Positions 11,758 to 23,369 of a DNA stretch of 64,000 nucleotides are shown in pieces. Source of the DNA: Camelus ferus (taxonomy: Eukaryota); assembly GCF_009834535.1 (NCBI RefSeq), contig NC_045700.1:79670001-79734000 (forward strand), given 5' to 3'. The position numbers and the translations under genes were made by a program. Every line of letters begins with the position of its first letter. Positions within the stretch are counted from its first letter, which is position 1. The notes beneath the pieces were generated by a model. The model did not search any database. It worked only from the letters and a program-made list of their open reading frames with translations, and was not told where the DNA came from.

Positions 11758-13027
11758 AATTAAAGCAGAGATTCTCTAATGGTGGAGATTCAAACATTAG
11801 TAATAGTTTAGAGACACTGATTTTGGAGAAGGTGGACTAACTTAAACTAAACTGTAGGGACTATGCCCAGAGTGCCACATATTGGGGGACAAGGGCCTAG
11901 CTGAGCTGGGGTGATGCTCCATGAGACCAAATTCAAAAGCAGGGGCTTACACATACTGAGGGAGGAATGCTAAAATCAGAGGGATGAGTGAACAGAAACC
12001 AAAACTAAGCGGGGAACCTGAGGCAGTTGGCAGGCTCATCAAACGGCAGCTAGAATTGAAGAGTTGAAGACAAGCGTAAGGAGGCATGAGCATATGAGGG
12101 CAGAGAAGGTGGGTGCTGGGGCAGTTGCCAAACTCACCCTCTGGTATATCCCATTTCCTCTAAGAGCCCAGGAGTTGAGGATCCCATAGGAAACAAGGGC
12201 AGAAGTAGGTGGAACAGGCAACAGTGAATAAAGCCACGTGAAACTAACTGACCTGAGGACACGATTGTTAGTTCTCCCCTTACCTTGACATGCTGCTGAA
12301 AAGAAGGAGATTAGAGAATTTGACTGATATGTTCAAATCAACAGATATTTTTCGATGAAATATTAAAAGCTAGTGAAACTGGTACCTGATAGGGCCTGGG
12401 ATTGAAATAAAGAAAAGAGATTAAAATTACAACATAAGTAAGAACCGTTTTCCTGGAGAGGATTAGGAATGGGAGAATGATCTTCTGGAATAAATGGAGT
12501 TTCTCTTTCTAGAGACACCCTCCCGGAGGACTACTGCAGCCAGGAGTGAGGACTTTCTGGCACCTGAGACTCTAATGTGGCATTTCTGCCCTCATGGAAC
12601 CCCAACACAGAGTACTGGGAAACAAGTGTGTGCCAAGTTTCACTGCCTGGCATTTCCACTACGTGCTTGCATGCATCTTTGTTTCTCAGGGAAGACCAAT
12701 GGGTGGGGTGCTCTAGTCTGGGAGACAGTGGGTGGTAAAAGTTTCCAGGAGGACAGAGACAGGCTAGTTGGCTCAGCTGGTAGGAGTATGGTGTTAATGA
12801 GGACAGGTCATGTCCTGGTCCCCCACCACACCCAAGCAGCAGTCTCCATTCTGGTGTCACAAATTGCACTCTTCACCAGAAAAGGAGGGGCCAAGAAAGA
12901 CAGGTGGGGGTTAACTCCACGCAAAACCATTTGCTCTGCTGAGAAAATAATTCTACTGATGGAGAGTTCTTGGCATCTTCTTTATCATCATCTCTCATTC
13001 ATTTGGGGCATTATCACATAGCAGCAC

Positions 13028-13370
13028 TGTATCAGTTAGTTTGGGTTGCAAACCATCTCAAAAATTAATGACTTAAATAACCATTTATTTAACTCACAAT
13101 TCTCTGGGTCAGCTGAGCAGTTCTTCTGGCCTAGGCCAGCCCATTGATCTTTCCTGGGCTTACTAATGCATCTGCAATGAGCATGATAGTTGTCTGGCAG
13201 CAAGATGAGGGAGGATGGCCCCAGTCGCATGGTCTGGCAGTTACTGAGCTGCCAGTCAGGGCAATAGGACCCATGGAACTACATGTCTCTTGTCCTCCAA
13301 TAGACTAGCCCAGGTTGCTTCATGTGGCTTTGATGCCAGAAGACAAGCTCCTGGGCATATTGGCATTTAA
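13028..13370 (-). mobile_element. MaLR solo LTR (MLT1F/H-like)
   Basis: TGTATCAGTTAG start, CATTTATTTAACTCACAATTCTCTGGGTCAGCTG, CTCCAATAGACTAGCCCAGG. Confidence 0.7.
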
Positions 13371-13429
13371 TAGTTACCAAAATTTTGACTTAGATTTACT
13401 CTAGAAACATAAGTGATAAAACAGTATTA

Positions 13430-13600
13430 CTACATTTTTAGCAAATGATGGTGATTTTAATGCATTAGGAAATATACTAAGTCCTCTCCACACATTATCT
13501 CATTTAATTCCATGAGGTAGGCAGTAAAGAATCTTGTCCAAATTTCACCTGCTATAAAGCGGCAGAGTCAATGTTCAAGCTCGAAATTTAAACCACCATA
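13430..13600 (-). mobile_element. MIR SINE (degraded)
   Basis: CACATTATCTCATTTAATTC...ATGAGGTAGG...GGCAGAGTCAATGTTCAA. Confidence 0.6.
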
Positions 13601-15127
13601 ACACACAACCCCAGCTCATGCACTTTGGGAATTACATGCCTCCCCCAACGATGTCACCATTGTTCAAAACGACACTGGAATCCCTCATGTCAAATCCACC
13701 GAGTCTTGACAACATTGAGGTGATTGGGCAGAATGGGCATTGCTTCCTGTGATCACCAAACAGGAATTGGATTTGGCTCAAATGTACCAGATAACTAAGA
13801 TGAGTGATCAAGCTGATGCCTTTGGATGACAACCGAAGGGCACAAGAAAGAAAGACTCAGTTGTGTAGATGGTGGGACGGTGGTGTGTACCACCTAATCT
13901 TTTTAGAGTTGAAATCGGAGTTTTTAGTCCTTAGTTGCCCTACTGGTTCTGCTTAGTCTTTCTAGGGCACTGGGAGAATTCCCTCCACCTTCCGTGTTTC
14001 TGTTTTCTCCTCTGAATAAAAACTTAGACTCTATGGTTTCTAAGATCCTTCTAGTTCTAGAATTCTGTGATTCTACTTGTATATTTTTCCTCAGAAGAGA
14101 CCCATTTTAAATAAAAATATCTCACCTTCAAAATGAGGACATGCCTCTGCCACTATCCCACTTCAGAACCTGGAGGGGACTGAAGAGGTGCTATTTAGCA
14201 ATGGACCAATTTCCTTTGGAAACAAGGGATTTGGAGGGAGTATAAACATCACATTCATGCCAGAAATTCTGGGTTGAGTGCTTCAAGTCTTGTGTCTCAA
14301 TCCTCCATGCGCTATATATTTTATCATTTATCCATTGACTTTCCTGAGAGAAAGAGGCCAGGTAAAGGAGTCTATATCCTTTTTATTCCCATGCAGATGT
14401 CCGAGGCTTCTTTTTCCTTTGGTCAAATATGATTTGTATTTCTTCTTGGTTAATATTCCCAGAATTCTCCAGTCTGCTTTCTGCCTGAATGTTACATAAA
14501 TAAAAGTGTGCAATCTTGCAAGGGTGAGCAGAAGTGGAGAGTCAGCAGGGACTGAGACGCTGAGGACAGGATGAGCCATTCCGTTTCTCCACTTCCCAGA
14601 CCCTGCTCTTGCCCTCCTGCAAAGTCTTAGGAAGGCCTCATGGGGGGAGTTTGAACTCAATCCCAACTCAATCCTGCTGGTTCCAGCTACTCAGACTTTT
14701 ACTAAATAGCTCTGCACAGCTGTTTCTAGTTAGGTGTCTATTTATGTTGTTGGCGTACGTGTACTTGTATATGCTGTGTGTGTGTGCCTTGTCTCCTTGG
14801 GTCCTCAGTTATCCAAGGCCCCCAGCAAATCCACTTGGGATCATTTGGAATCTCAAATGGAGGGAATCACAAAGCAACATAATGTTCAAATTCAGGAAGC
14901 ATTTACATAGGTTGTATTTCATAGAGCACGCTCTCTGTCATACATAAATGCAAAGGAAGTTATAATTGAGAAACAGGGGGATACAAAGACTTGTAAATGT
15001 CTTCAGGCTCCAAAAGCGTAAATTTTACTTTTAGAGTACAATTAGACTACAATCTTCTCAAAACAGGTATATATTCCATTCTAAGTTTCCCCAATGATTA
15101 ATTTAAGGACTTATCCCCAAATTTAGC

Positions 15128-15225
15128 CATTCACTTGTTCATTTATTCAGCAAACATTTATTAAGTCCTTTCCATGTGCACTGTACCACTCAAAGCTCTG
15201 TAAGAGATACAAAGATGTGTTTTGC
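15128..15225 (-). mobile_element. L2 LINE 3' end
   Basis: CATTCACTTGTTCATTTATTCAGCAAACATTTATTAAG is the antisense L2 tail. Confidence 0.7.
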
Positions 15226-15559
15226 TCCCTGTGTCTGGAGCAGTGTCCTTCCAACCCAATGGCCTTGGCCAAGTTCTAGAGGCCCTTTTCTAGGGCCTCT
15301 CCAACTTTAGATATCAGTCTAAACATGGGGTGAAATCACTAGTGTCCCTGGCAATGGAGGGACCATGTTCCACACCCAAACACATCATCTTAAGTGGTAG
15401 GCTCTTAACACAATCTTACTAAATAGTGAGACACATCTCTGTCTAGGTTTGTATAATCAGTACTACAAAATCCAGATACTTTGCTTCTCAAAGGTCAGTT
15501 ACCACACCCAGTGAGGACCTACAAGTGAGTTTAAAGTCTTATTGTCTAGAGACATGCAC

Positions 15560-16400
15560 CCCATTCTGACTGCCATAGCTGCCAAATGGCGATTTTCTAA
15601 TTTTATCCTGTTTTCTAGATTTGTTAGCTGACTTTCTAATATAAGGAAGAGCTTTCCCTTCTGCTCATTTAGTTAAACCAGTGGACTCCTGTTTTATTCA
15701 ATAAGCTATAATCCTTTACTATTATAATCTATTTTGATGTCCAGACTGTCCCAGAGCTTCCAGTGGAAACTCCTACAAGCTGGCCTCTGCACCCTTTCAA
15801 CATTTCTTCATCATTCTTTGGGCACCTTCTTACTTTATGAGGGAAAAAGATATTCTAGATTCTTCTTCTACTTTCCTTCTAGTCATGGAATCACCATTTC
15901 ATCAAAGACCTCTAATTCCTTTTATTAGAGAATTGTACTTAGAAACCAAGATCTGGAAGCCAGATGTGCTCGTTGCTACTGGGGTTCACTGATATAAGCC
16001 CCTTAAGAGGACAGAGCTAGGAAATAGATGTATGTTCATGCACACGCACACACAAGTCTACACCACCATAAAATCTCTATATTTATACCACATCTGTTGG
16101 TCTCTCTGTCTTTCTCTCTATGTAATAAATGCCATAAGTTCAGATTGAGATTTTCAATTCTAATCCAACACCACTGAATTTGTTCTATCTTTTTCTCCTT
16201 ACCATGCTTATGACTACCTTTTCTGCAGATGAGAACACTGGCTCCCTTTATCTACAACATATTTACTTATTTGTTCATCACTAGGATTCACATGGAAGAG
16301 TTTCAAAATTGCTAACCCATGCCTGCGACAAGCAAGTCTTAGGCTATAGCACAGTAGGTGTTTACACTTCTTTTACTGTTTGGCCTGAGGACATACAGTC
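15560..16400 (-). mobile_element. LINE-1 3' region (L1MC/L1MD-like)
   Basis: TTCCTTTTATTAGAGAATTGTACTTAGAAACCAAGATCTGG...GTGCTCGTTGCTACTGGGG...GGACAGAGCTAGGAAATA is diagnostic of antisense L1MC 3' ends. Confidence 0.8.
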
Positions 16401-16663
16401 ACAGAATACTTGAGCCAGTTCTTTCTTTAGCATCAGTTTAAAGCATTATCCTTATTTCCTCTCCTGGGAACATTTCCCTGAAGCCTTGTCTTGGGCATCT
16501 TCAAAATAAGTTCAAGTGCCCTTGCACTGCTGCTTGGAGCCGACACGTGTCTCTAGAAAATACCAAATAAATATGCAATGCATGTTTTCTTATTCCCCTC
16601 CTCCTGAAGTTAATCCAACAAATAGATTGTAGAAATAACCTCATTCTCATAAACACACTTCCA

Positions 16664-16735
16664 AGCTTACATTTGGAGCATTATCTCCTAGGGGTATCCA
16701 GCTTACATTTGGAGCATTATCTCCTAGGGGTATCC
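16664..16735. repeat. Perfect 36-bp tandem duplication (2 copies)
   Basis: AGCTTACATTTGGAGCATTATCTCCTAGGGGTATCC at 16664-16699 and again at 16700-16735. Confidence 0.97.
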
Positions 16736-19700
16736 ATATTCCCATGGTTTCTCTGCATCCACATTTGGACACCAATCTTTCTTCTCTTCCAGGAAAATCC
16801 TAGCTCCTCCTCTTCACTATGAAGGCTTTGCAATACCTTTCTCCTTACACATATAACATAGGCCCACAAATGCCATGTCCATAGATTTAGAAGCTTGTTT
16901 CATATTTATCAGGTTCTCACATTCTCCATCTTCCATATTTAAAAATATTTATTTAATTACATTTACGAGCCAGTAATTGAGAAACATGTGGAGTTAAGGG
17001 AAGGAAAGAAAGAAAAAAAAAAAAATAGCCCATTCATTCAACTTTTCCCAGCTGCCATTCTTGAATTGGGATCTTTGGCTGAGCTCTCAGGTAATGCTTT
17101 GCAATAAAACTTCCATAGCATGCCAAATTTAGGTCCAGCATGAAAAGAAAACAAAATTCCTCCTACAAGATAAACTGTACAATTTGGAAATGGGAGGTTG
17201 TTTTTGTTTTTTTTTTTTTTTTTTAGAATGTATATTAAACCTTCACAGTGATGGTTTCTACAAGGGTAAGAATCAGCTGGCCTCTTGGGGAGTTTCTGAA
17301 TAGGGCTATGTAGAGAATTTTAAAAAGCATTTCATTTCCCTGAATGGAGACCTGTTTCACTTGGGGGCTCTGTTTTCTCCTTTTTGGACAGAATCCACCC
17401 TGCCTTACCCTGGCTAGAGGAAGAAACATTGTAGAGTGGAGACAAGGAGGCCAATTTCAGGTATAACAGACTTCGCACAATGAGTCCTATTCTTTGCTAC
17501 TTGGAATCATCTTTCTCTAAGCTGGTTCAAAAGAGTCCATCGCCTTTTGCAGGTTACTTCTGAACTAGCCTATAAGAATTTGGGTGCATATATGCATAAA
17601 GTCCAAGACACAGCAAGTGAAAGAGTAGGGCGAACCTTTCCAGATTAACATGAGTGTTGTATAGCTTCATATGTAGTCTGGTTGCTTTTATTGTTGTGTG
17701 TATACCTATATACATGGATAGATATATATCATATCTATCTATATATCCATTTATCTATCTAACTGATGAAGCCCTCAGTCATAGATACACGGGAATTGAT
17801 CCCTCTGTGTTGTGAAATTATTCAAATGGCAAATACTACTACTTAATTCTCACATATATTTATGCCCCAGCTAACATGCATATTCTTTACTAGTTGGAAG
17901 TCCAGACTTATTTCAGGGTTCCTTTGGCCTATTACCCCAGAGAATAACCTATTACTGCTAATTAATCCTGGCTAATTGCCTACAAGCAAGGAAGAGCCCA
18001 ATTGCTACCTTTAAGACAGAACTGTGAAACCAGCGGACTGAGTGACAATTCCTCAGAAGGCCATGTCAAATGATGATGAACTTGAGATGGCAATGCGTTT
18101 GTAAAAAGAACATGGAGGCCCAAGAGGTGTCTTGTTTAGGGTCTCACAGATAACAAATGGCTCTTCTTATTTTTATTAAATCAGAGAGCCAAAAACCTCC
18201 CTGAGTAAGCTACCTCCAGGTCACTTAAACAGAGAGAGATCTTTGAGAGAAAGTAGAAATTTCCAGGGGAAGTGTTGAGAAGAAACTTTCTAGATGGTGG
18301 CAACTAGGGGCATCTCAGGGTAGGAGGCATTTTGAAGCCTTGGCAGACGCCCTCTCCTTCTCCCCTTGCAAAACAATTTGCATTATTTTCTCTTAGGAAA
18401 ATGAATCACATCAGCAACAGATTTACCCTCCTTAGAAAGGAATTTTAGCAATCACTAGTACTCAAGCAGGTCCCCTGGGGGTCTCACACTGTTTGCACTT
18501 AATCCCCTCCCCCAACCCTTCACAACTCCAAGGAGTGTACCCTCTGGGAAATTCTACTTTGTCCATTTTACTGCATTTCTGGGAGCATTTAAACATCTTG
18601 AAAGGACTAGAACTTTAAGCAGCTGCTCCATAAGCTTGCTTCTTTATCTGTCCTCACATTTATACAGACATCAAATTGTGTTAGAATTGAAAATGGTTGG
18701 GGGAGGGAGGCAGAGGGTGGAGATAACCTGAATAATCAATTTGGTTCTCTCCTGCCCTTAGGCTGTGTTGACACAGCTTAGCTCTCTCCTGCTCCTCCCA
18801 GATAAGCTTATCTTCTGCAGGCTGAACTCCATTAATCTTCCTGAAAGGCAAATGTGGTCAGGACAATGTTAACACTTAACTCTCCTAAGAGAAGACAGAT
18901 ACCGTGAGATCCAGAAGACAGGACTCTGGGGCCTGACATAGCAGCTCAGATGGGCCTCAACAAGACAGATTCCACATGGAGAGAGAGTGGACCACAGAGA
19001 AGTGGGCTTAGTAAACTTGAACAACAGCATCAAACAAATCAAACTAAAGCAAATAAAACCAAGGGGAAAAAAAAAACAAAAACAGAAAACAAAACCAATG
19101 GATGATGAGGACAGCCAAATAAATATCCGGGCCATTTTAAGGCAACATTAGTCAGATTTATCATTGGGGTTACAAGTAGACAAAACTACACTGAACTGAT
19201 CATTGTTCTTTTAATTTTAGCAAGTGATTGGTGTTGTGCAAATAGTCTACATAATTATAGAGATAATTTAAGAGAAAGAAGTATTATGGAATACATATAT
19301 TTTGGACATTAAAATACCTAAAGCCCTTCGCTTTGATCTTGTTGCATCCTTCACCCTGCCAAGCTCAGTGCACCCCTCACACAGCCAATGGGATAATCTA
19401 CTCAGCCCTGTCCAGGCCCTGTCCCAAGATCTTCCTGATTCCATGTTGTCTGTGAGAGAAAGACTCCCTCTGAAAAGAAGAATAAGTTGATGTCTGCTCT
19501 CCGGGCCTCTCTTTGTGCTGACCCTGTCATGTCATTCCTATCCTCCGTGCCTCATTCCTTTTTTCCAATAATAAGGAAATTCAATAGACTATTCTTGTCA
19601 TTTGTAGATCTACAACCCCTGATTGTGTCCACTTGCCAGCGACCCTGAAAGACACAGGGTGATTTCTAATGTGTTTGGGGCAGGAGTTTGAATCACTGTT

Positions 19701-22700
19701 TAGCTTCTCCTGTACGCCAGTATCACAGTGTCAGCCTGTGTGAATCAGACTGACTCTAGAATGCATGCTTCTTGGTAGAGCTTTGTTACAAGAGCTATGG
19801 GAACCGTTAGATGCAACTACATTGACTTTGATTAGGGGATTTTTTTTAAGGCCTGCCATGTATCCCTCACAAACATTCAGAATGTATGGTACATATAGTT
19901 CCCCCAACCCCACACTCATTGTATTATGCTTCTGCATCTGCACTTATGGTGTGGCCCCAGAAGGCTCTTCTCCATGAGCAATCCCATAAGGTGACTTTGA
20001 AGAACCACCTCCATGAGATGGCATGTGTTGACGACTCAGAGAGTTCCCCTGCAAGGACTGACTCAGAGCCTGTAAAGGTTACAGCTCAAGGAGGGAGAAC
20101 AAGTGCAAAACGCAGGTCAAACTTTCCAACCCTGGCCACTGTGACATTGGTCACAGCAGACAGATCTGTGCCACCACTAGGCAATTGCTCACTGTTAGGA
20201 CAGCCTCTGCACTTTTGACCTTGTAAATACCTTATAACCACTGTCCCCATAAACATGCTTATAGATACTTTGTGTAAAAGGCTTGCCTTTGTCTACATAC
20301 AGCCCAGATGTTGCCAGGTCCCTCCAGCCAATGAGCTCAATGAGGTAGCATTTATATAAAGAGGAAGCCTCTTTTTCTAACCAAGTGATTGCCTTGGCCC
20401 TCAAAGAAAGGAACTATTGTCACCTTTTAAAGCCTTCTTTCTATCCCTTACTAGTTCTCTTCTTAGAGTAAAGGAGTGATTAATTGGTGAGGGCCTGATT
20501 GCCAGGAACCACAGTGCCTGAGCTACTCGGTTAGGTGACTTTGCTTCAAAAGCAAGAAACCTCTCATGCTTGTATGCTTTCTTGGTCTGTGATGGACTCC
20601 CCTTGCACTGCTGGTATCTGCACATTAAGTAGACAAGTGATGACCTTTGCTCTCTTTTCTTGCTCCTCCACCAGTACTCACGTAGGAAAGCTGGAGAAGT
20701 ACATCACACTGGAGGCCAACTAGTTCACTTCAAAAGGTGAGGATAAGAATCCCAATTTTGCTCCCCAACTTAATCTGTATCCCCAGCTTTCTAGGAAGCC
20801 TTTCATCTGAATAACAAAGTTGATGTTTTGATCCCATTTGACTGAAGTCTTTGTTGTTTACATTTGATTGGCCAGAGTCCTGGAGAGAAAGAGGACCAGG
20901 TACCTTCACCCTAATGCTCATCAATGCTATTAGTAACATTACACGGACTTCTTACACCTTCTGTTGATGCCTGATCACAGCTTCTCAAAGCCCCCCCCCA
21001 CCCCCAGTAGCTTCTTTGAGGCATCAGTGGAGTCTCAATTACAGTCAAAAACAAGCCCTTTCCTGATTCAATCTCCTTGAGACAAAGTGATGCCCACAGG
21101 TTTTTCAAGGAAGGACTTCCCCTCGTGTGCTACTGCAGGTACCTTGGTGAGAATACTATTCCTGTGGTCCTCTGCTAGGCCACTGTGGTGCTCCGTCATT
21201 CACCCTGCTGTTGAGCCTTGTACAGAAATGGAAGGTTTGTCCTCATGTTTATTCCGCAGTGAATTTTGACATCTTATTTCCAAGAATCATTTCTTATGGC
21301 CCAAATTTCAACACAGAAGATGTCTTAACCAAAACAGCATCTTCTGTTTCTGTTAACACCTTCTTCCTACATCTGGGTCCATCCTCATCTCATAGATCCT
21401 CAGGAGACAGAGTCTAATTGGTTCTAGAGTTTCACCTTCATATTTCATTCCCCTTCTAATGTCATTTTAAAAGGCCCTCATGCAAATAAAGCCCTGGGTA
21501 CACAATTAGCCCCAAATCTCTACTTCAGTTCACCAGGCCTATCCTGGCTCCAGATTCAACAGATAGGGGTTTGATGGCTATATTAAATAGAGTTGGGCAA
21601 CCCAAAAGCCATAGTGCCCATAACAACAAATTCTGACAGAAATTAAAAAGCATTAGGAGAAACAGAATCTCGAAAAAATTGTAGAACCTCTTCTTGATCA
21701 TTTGAAGGGGAAATTTATCCAGGCATTTCCTCCTAGGGTTAAGATTAAGCAAAACAGATAACTACACCATTCAAACATCAGTCAAAATGCAGCTGGAACC
21801 CCAGAGATGTGGAGACACCACAAACAATTTCAGTGAAATTTACATTTGTATTACTGATGTGTTTATATGCCACATCATGCTCAAAAAGATCTGAGGTAGC
21901 TTACAGCACAAACATACTCAATGAAAGAAAGACTAAATAGGAATAAAGGAAAATGGAGAGAGAAATAGAAAATCCAGGCCATGACAAGGAAGAAAACAGA
22001 TATACAGACCATAAAGGCTAGCATGAATATCACAAAAGAGTTCAAATTGCTCCTGAGTTTCTTGGCTCTACAAAGCATAAATGACATAATTCTTATTAAC
22101 TGAACAATTTTTTTTAAATGTCTCAGAATGGCCATTCTTTCAGATAAGCAAACTTGAACCAAACATAGAATTTAGAATCTCCCTTGTCAGCCAAGCTTTT
22201 GTTAGGTGTTGAATAGGACACCATTCAAGGTTGTACTTACTGATGAGGCCTGAATAATGGGTGTTTGCAGGAGTGTTTGAGAGTAGATCCCTATGTTCCA
22301 GATCTTGATGGAAAGGTTGAATATGCTCCCCATGTCTTTTGCCTGCCATCTGCCATTTCCTCAATAAGCACTTTGGGGCAGATTCCAGCACACAAAGGGG
22401 CTCAACTGATTTCTCAGAGTTCCATTATGAACCTTTGCCAGGATTATTTAACACTGAAAAATATTCCATCCAGTTGTTCAACCTGCTAAAAATAATAATA
22501 ATAAAGTCCTTAATAATGTTCCTATGAAGTGGCTGATTTGAAGTGTCCTGACTCCTAGGGAATCTATCAGGTTGAAATAGCTGTAAAATATCCCTCCCTC
22601 CAATTAAATAATGTATTCTTCAATTTAGAGTAAGTTGTAGAAACTAACTGAATTTTGGAAAAGTTTGACCAGTGATGATAATTTTGGTTTTGAACTTGAT

Positions 22701-23369
22701 TTTCTATACTAACTCAAGGCTAGATCCAACTGTCAAGATCATCTTTGATTTATGACAATGTCACCATATTATCAGTGTACAGAATCATAATTTACCTTCT
22801 ATTCTTTGTTACATAAGCACATGTGTCTTGTTCCTATAAAGATGATTTCATTTAATAAAATTATAGGCTAAAAATAAGAGGAATCAGAACACAATCCAGT
22901 TTAGGCTCCTCAAAAGTATTCTGCTATCTGTCAGATAGTTTTACCCAACAGTTATCTTACAGTAGCGTTAGGATACAGGGATGTAGATTCATAGGTTAAA
23001 TATAGATTAAAAAGTTCAAAAGAGTTACAAATAGCCATGTATGTTAGAGAGATTTTCATACAAGTTATTAGAAGTAAAATAATCAGTTGCAAAGTATTAA
23101 AAATGCAAGTTTATCTTTCAGTTTACTTTAGCTATTGAATATTTAGTTTGTTAGAAAGAAATTGACATTAAATATTGATTGAATGCCTATAAAAATAATG
23201 GATCTAGAATTTTGAGAGAATAAGGGTTTGGTTAAAAAAAATGGGCAGACTCAGTTTTGAGTTTTTTCCATACATTATTGTACCCATAGTTAATTATAAT
23301 AAAATTGATCAACAATGACTAGAGACAATCAATTAGAAAATGGCTCAGAAAATCATGATTTCACTTTCT

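Noticed and set aside
12494-13021. Longest ORF (175 aa)
   Set aside because: Random-looking composition, no domain and no supporting gene structure.
13636-13830. Short protein-like peptides (LESLMSNPPSLDNIEVIG; ITKQELDLAQMYQ) suggesting a pseudogene or viral insert
   Set aside because: They lie in different frames with stops and match no protein family I can name; a TBLASTN would be needed.
14654-14675. 11-bp tandem duplication (similar ones at 25766 and 38752)
   Set aside because: Ordinary slippage events with no functional hint.
16664-16735. 36-bp repeat as a CRISPR array
   Set aside because: Only two copies, no spacer, mammalian context and no cas genes.
21313-21347. Hairpin ACAGAAGATG-N15-CATCTTCTGT as a pre-miRNA
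   Set aside because: The stem is only 10 bp, far shorter than a pre-miRNA, and is expected by chance with a loop of that size.
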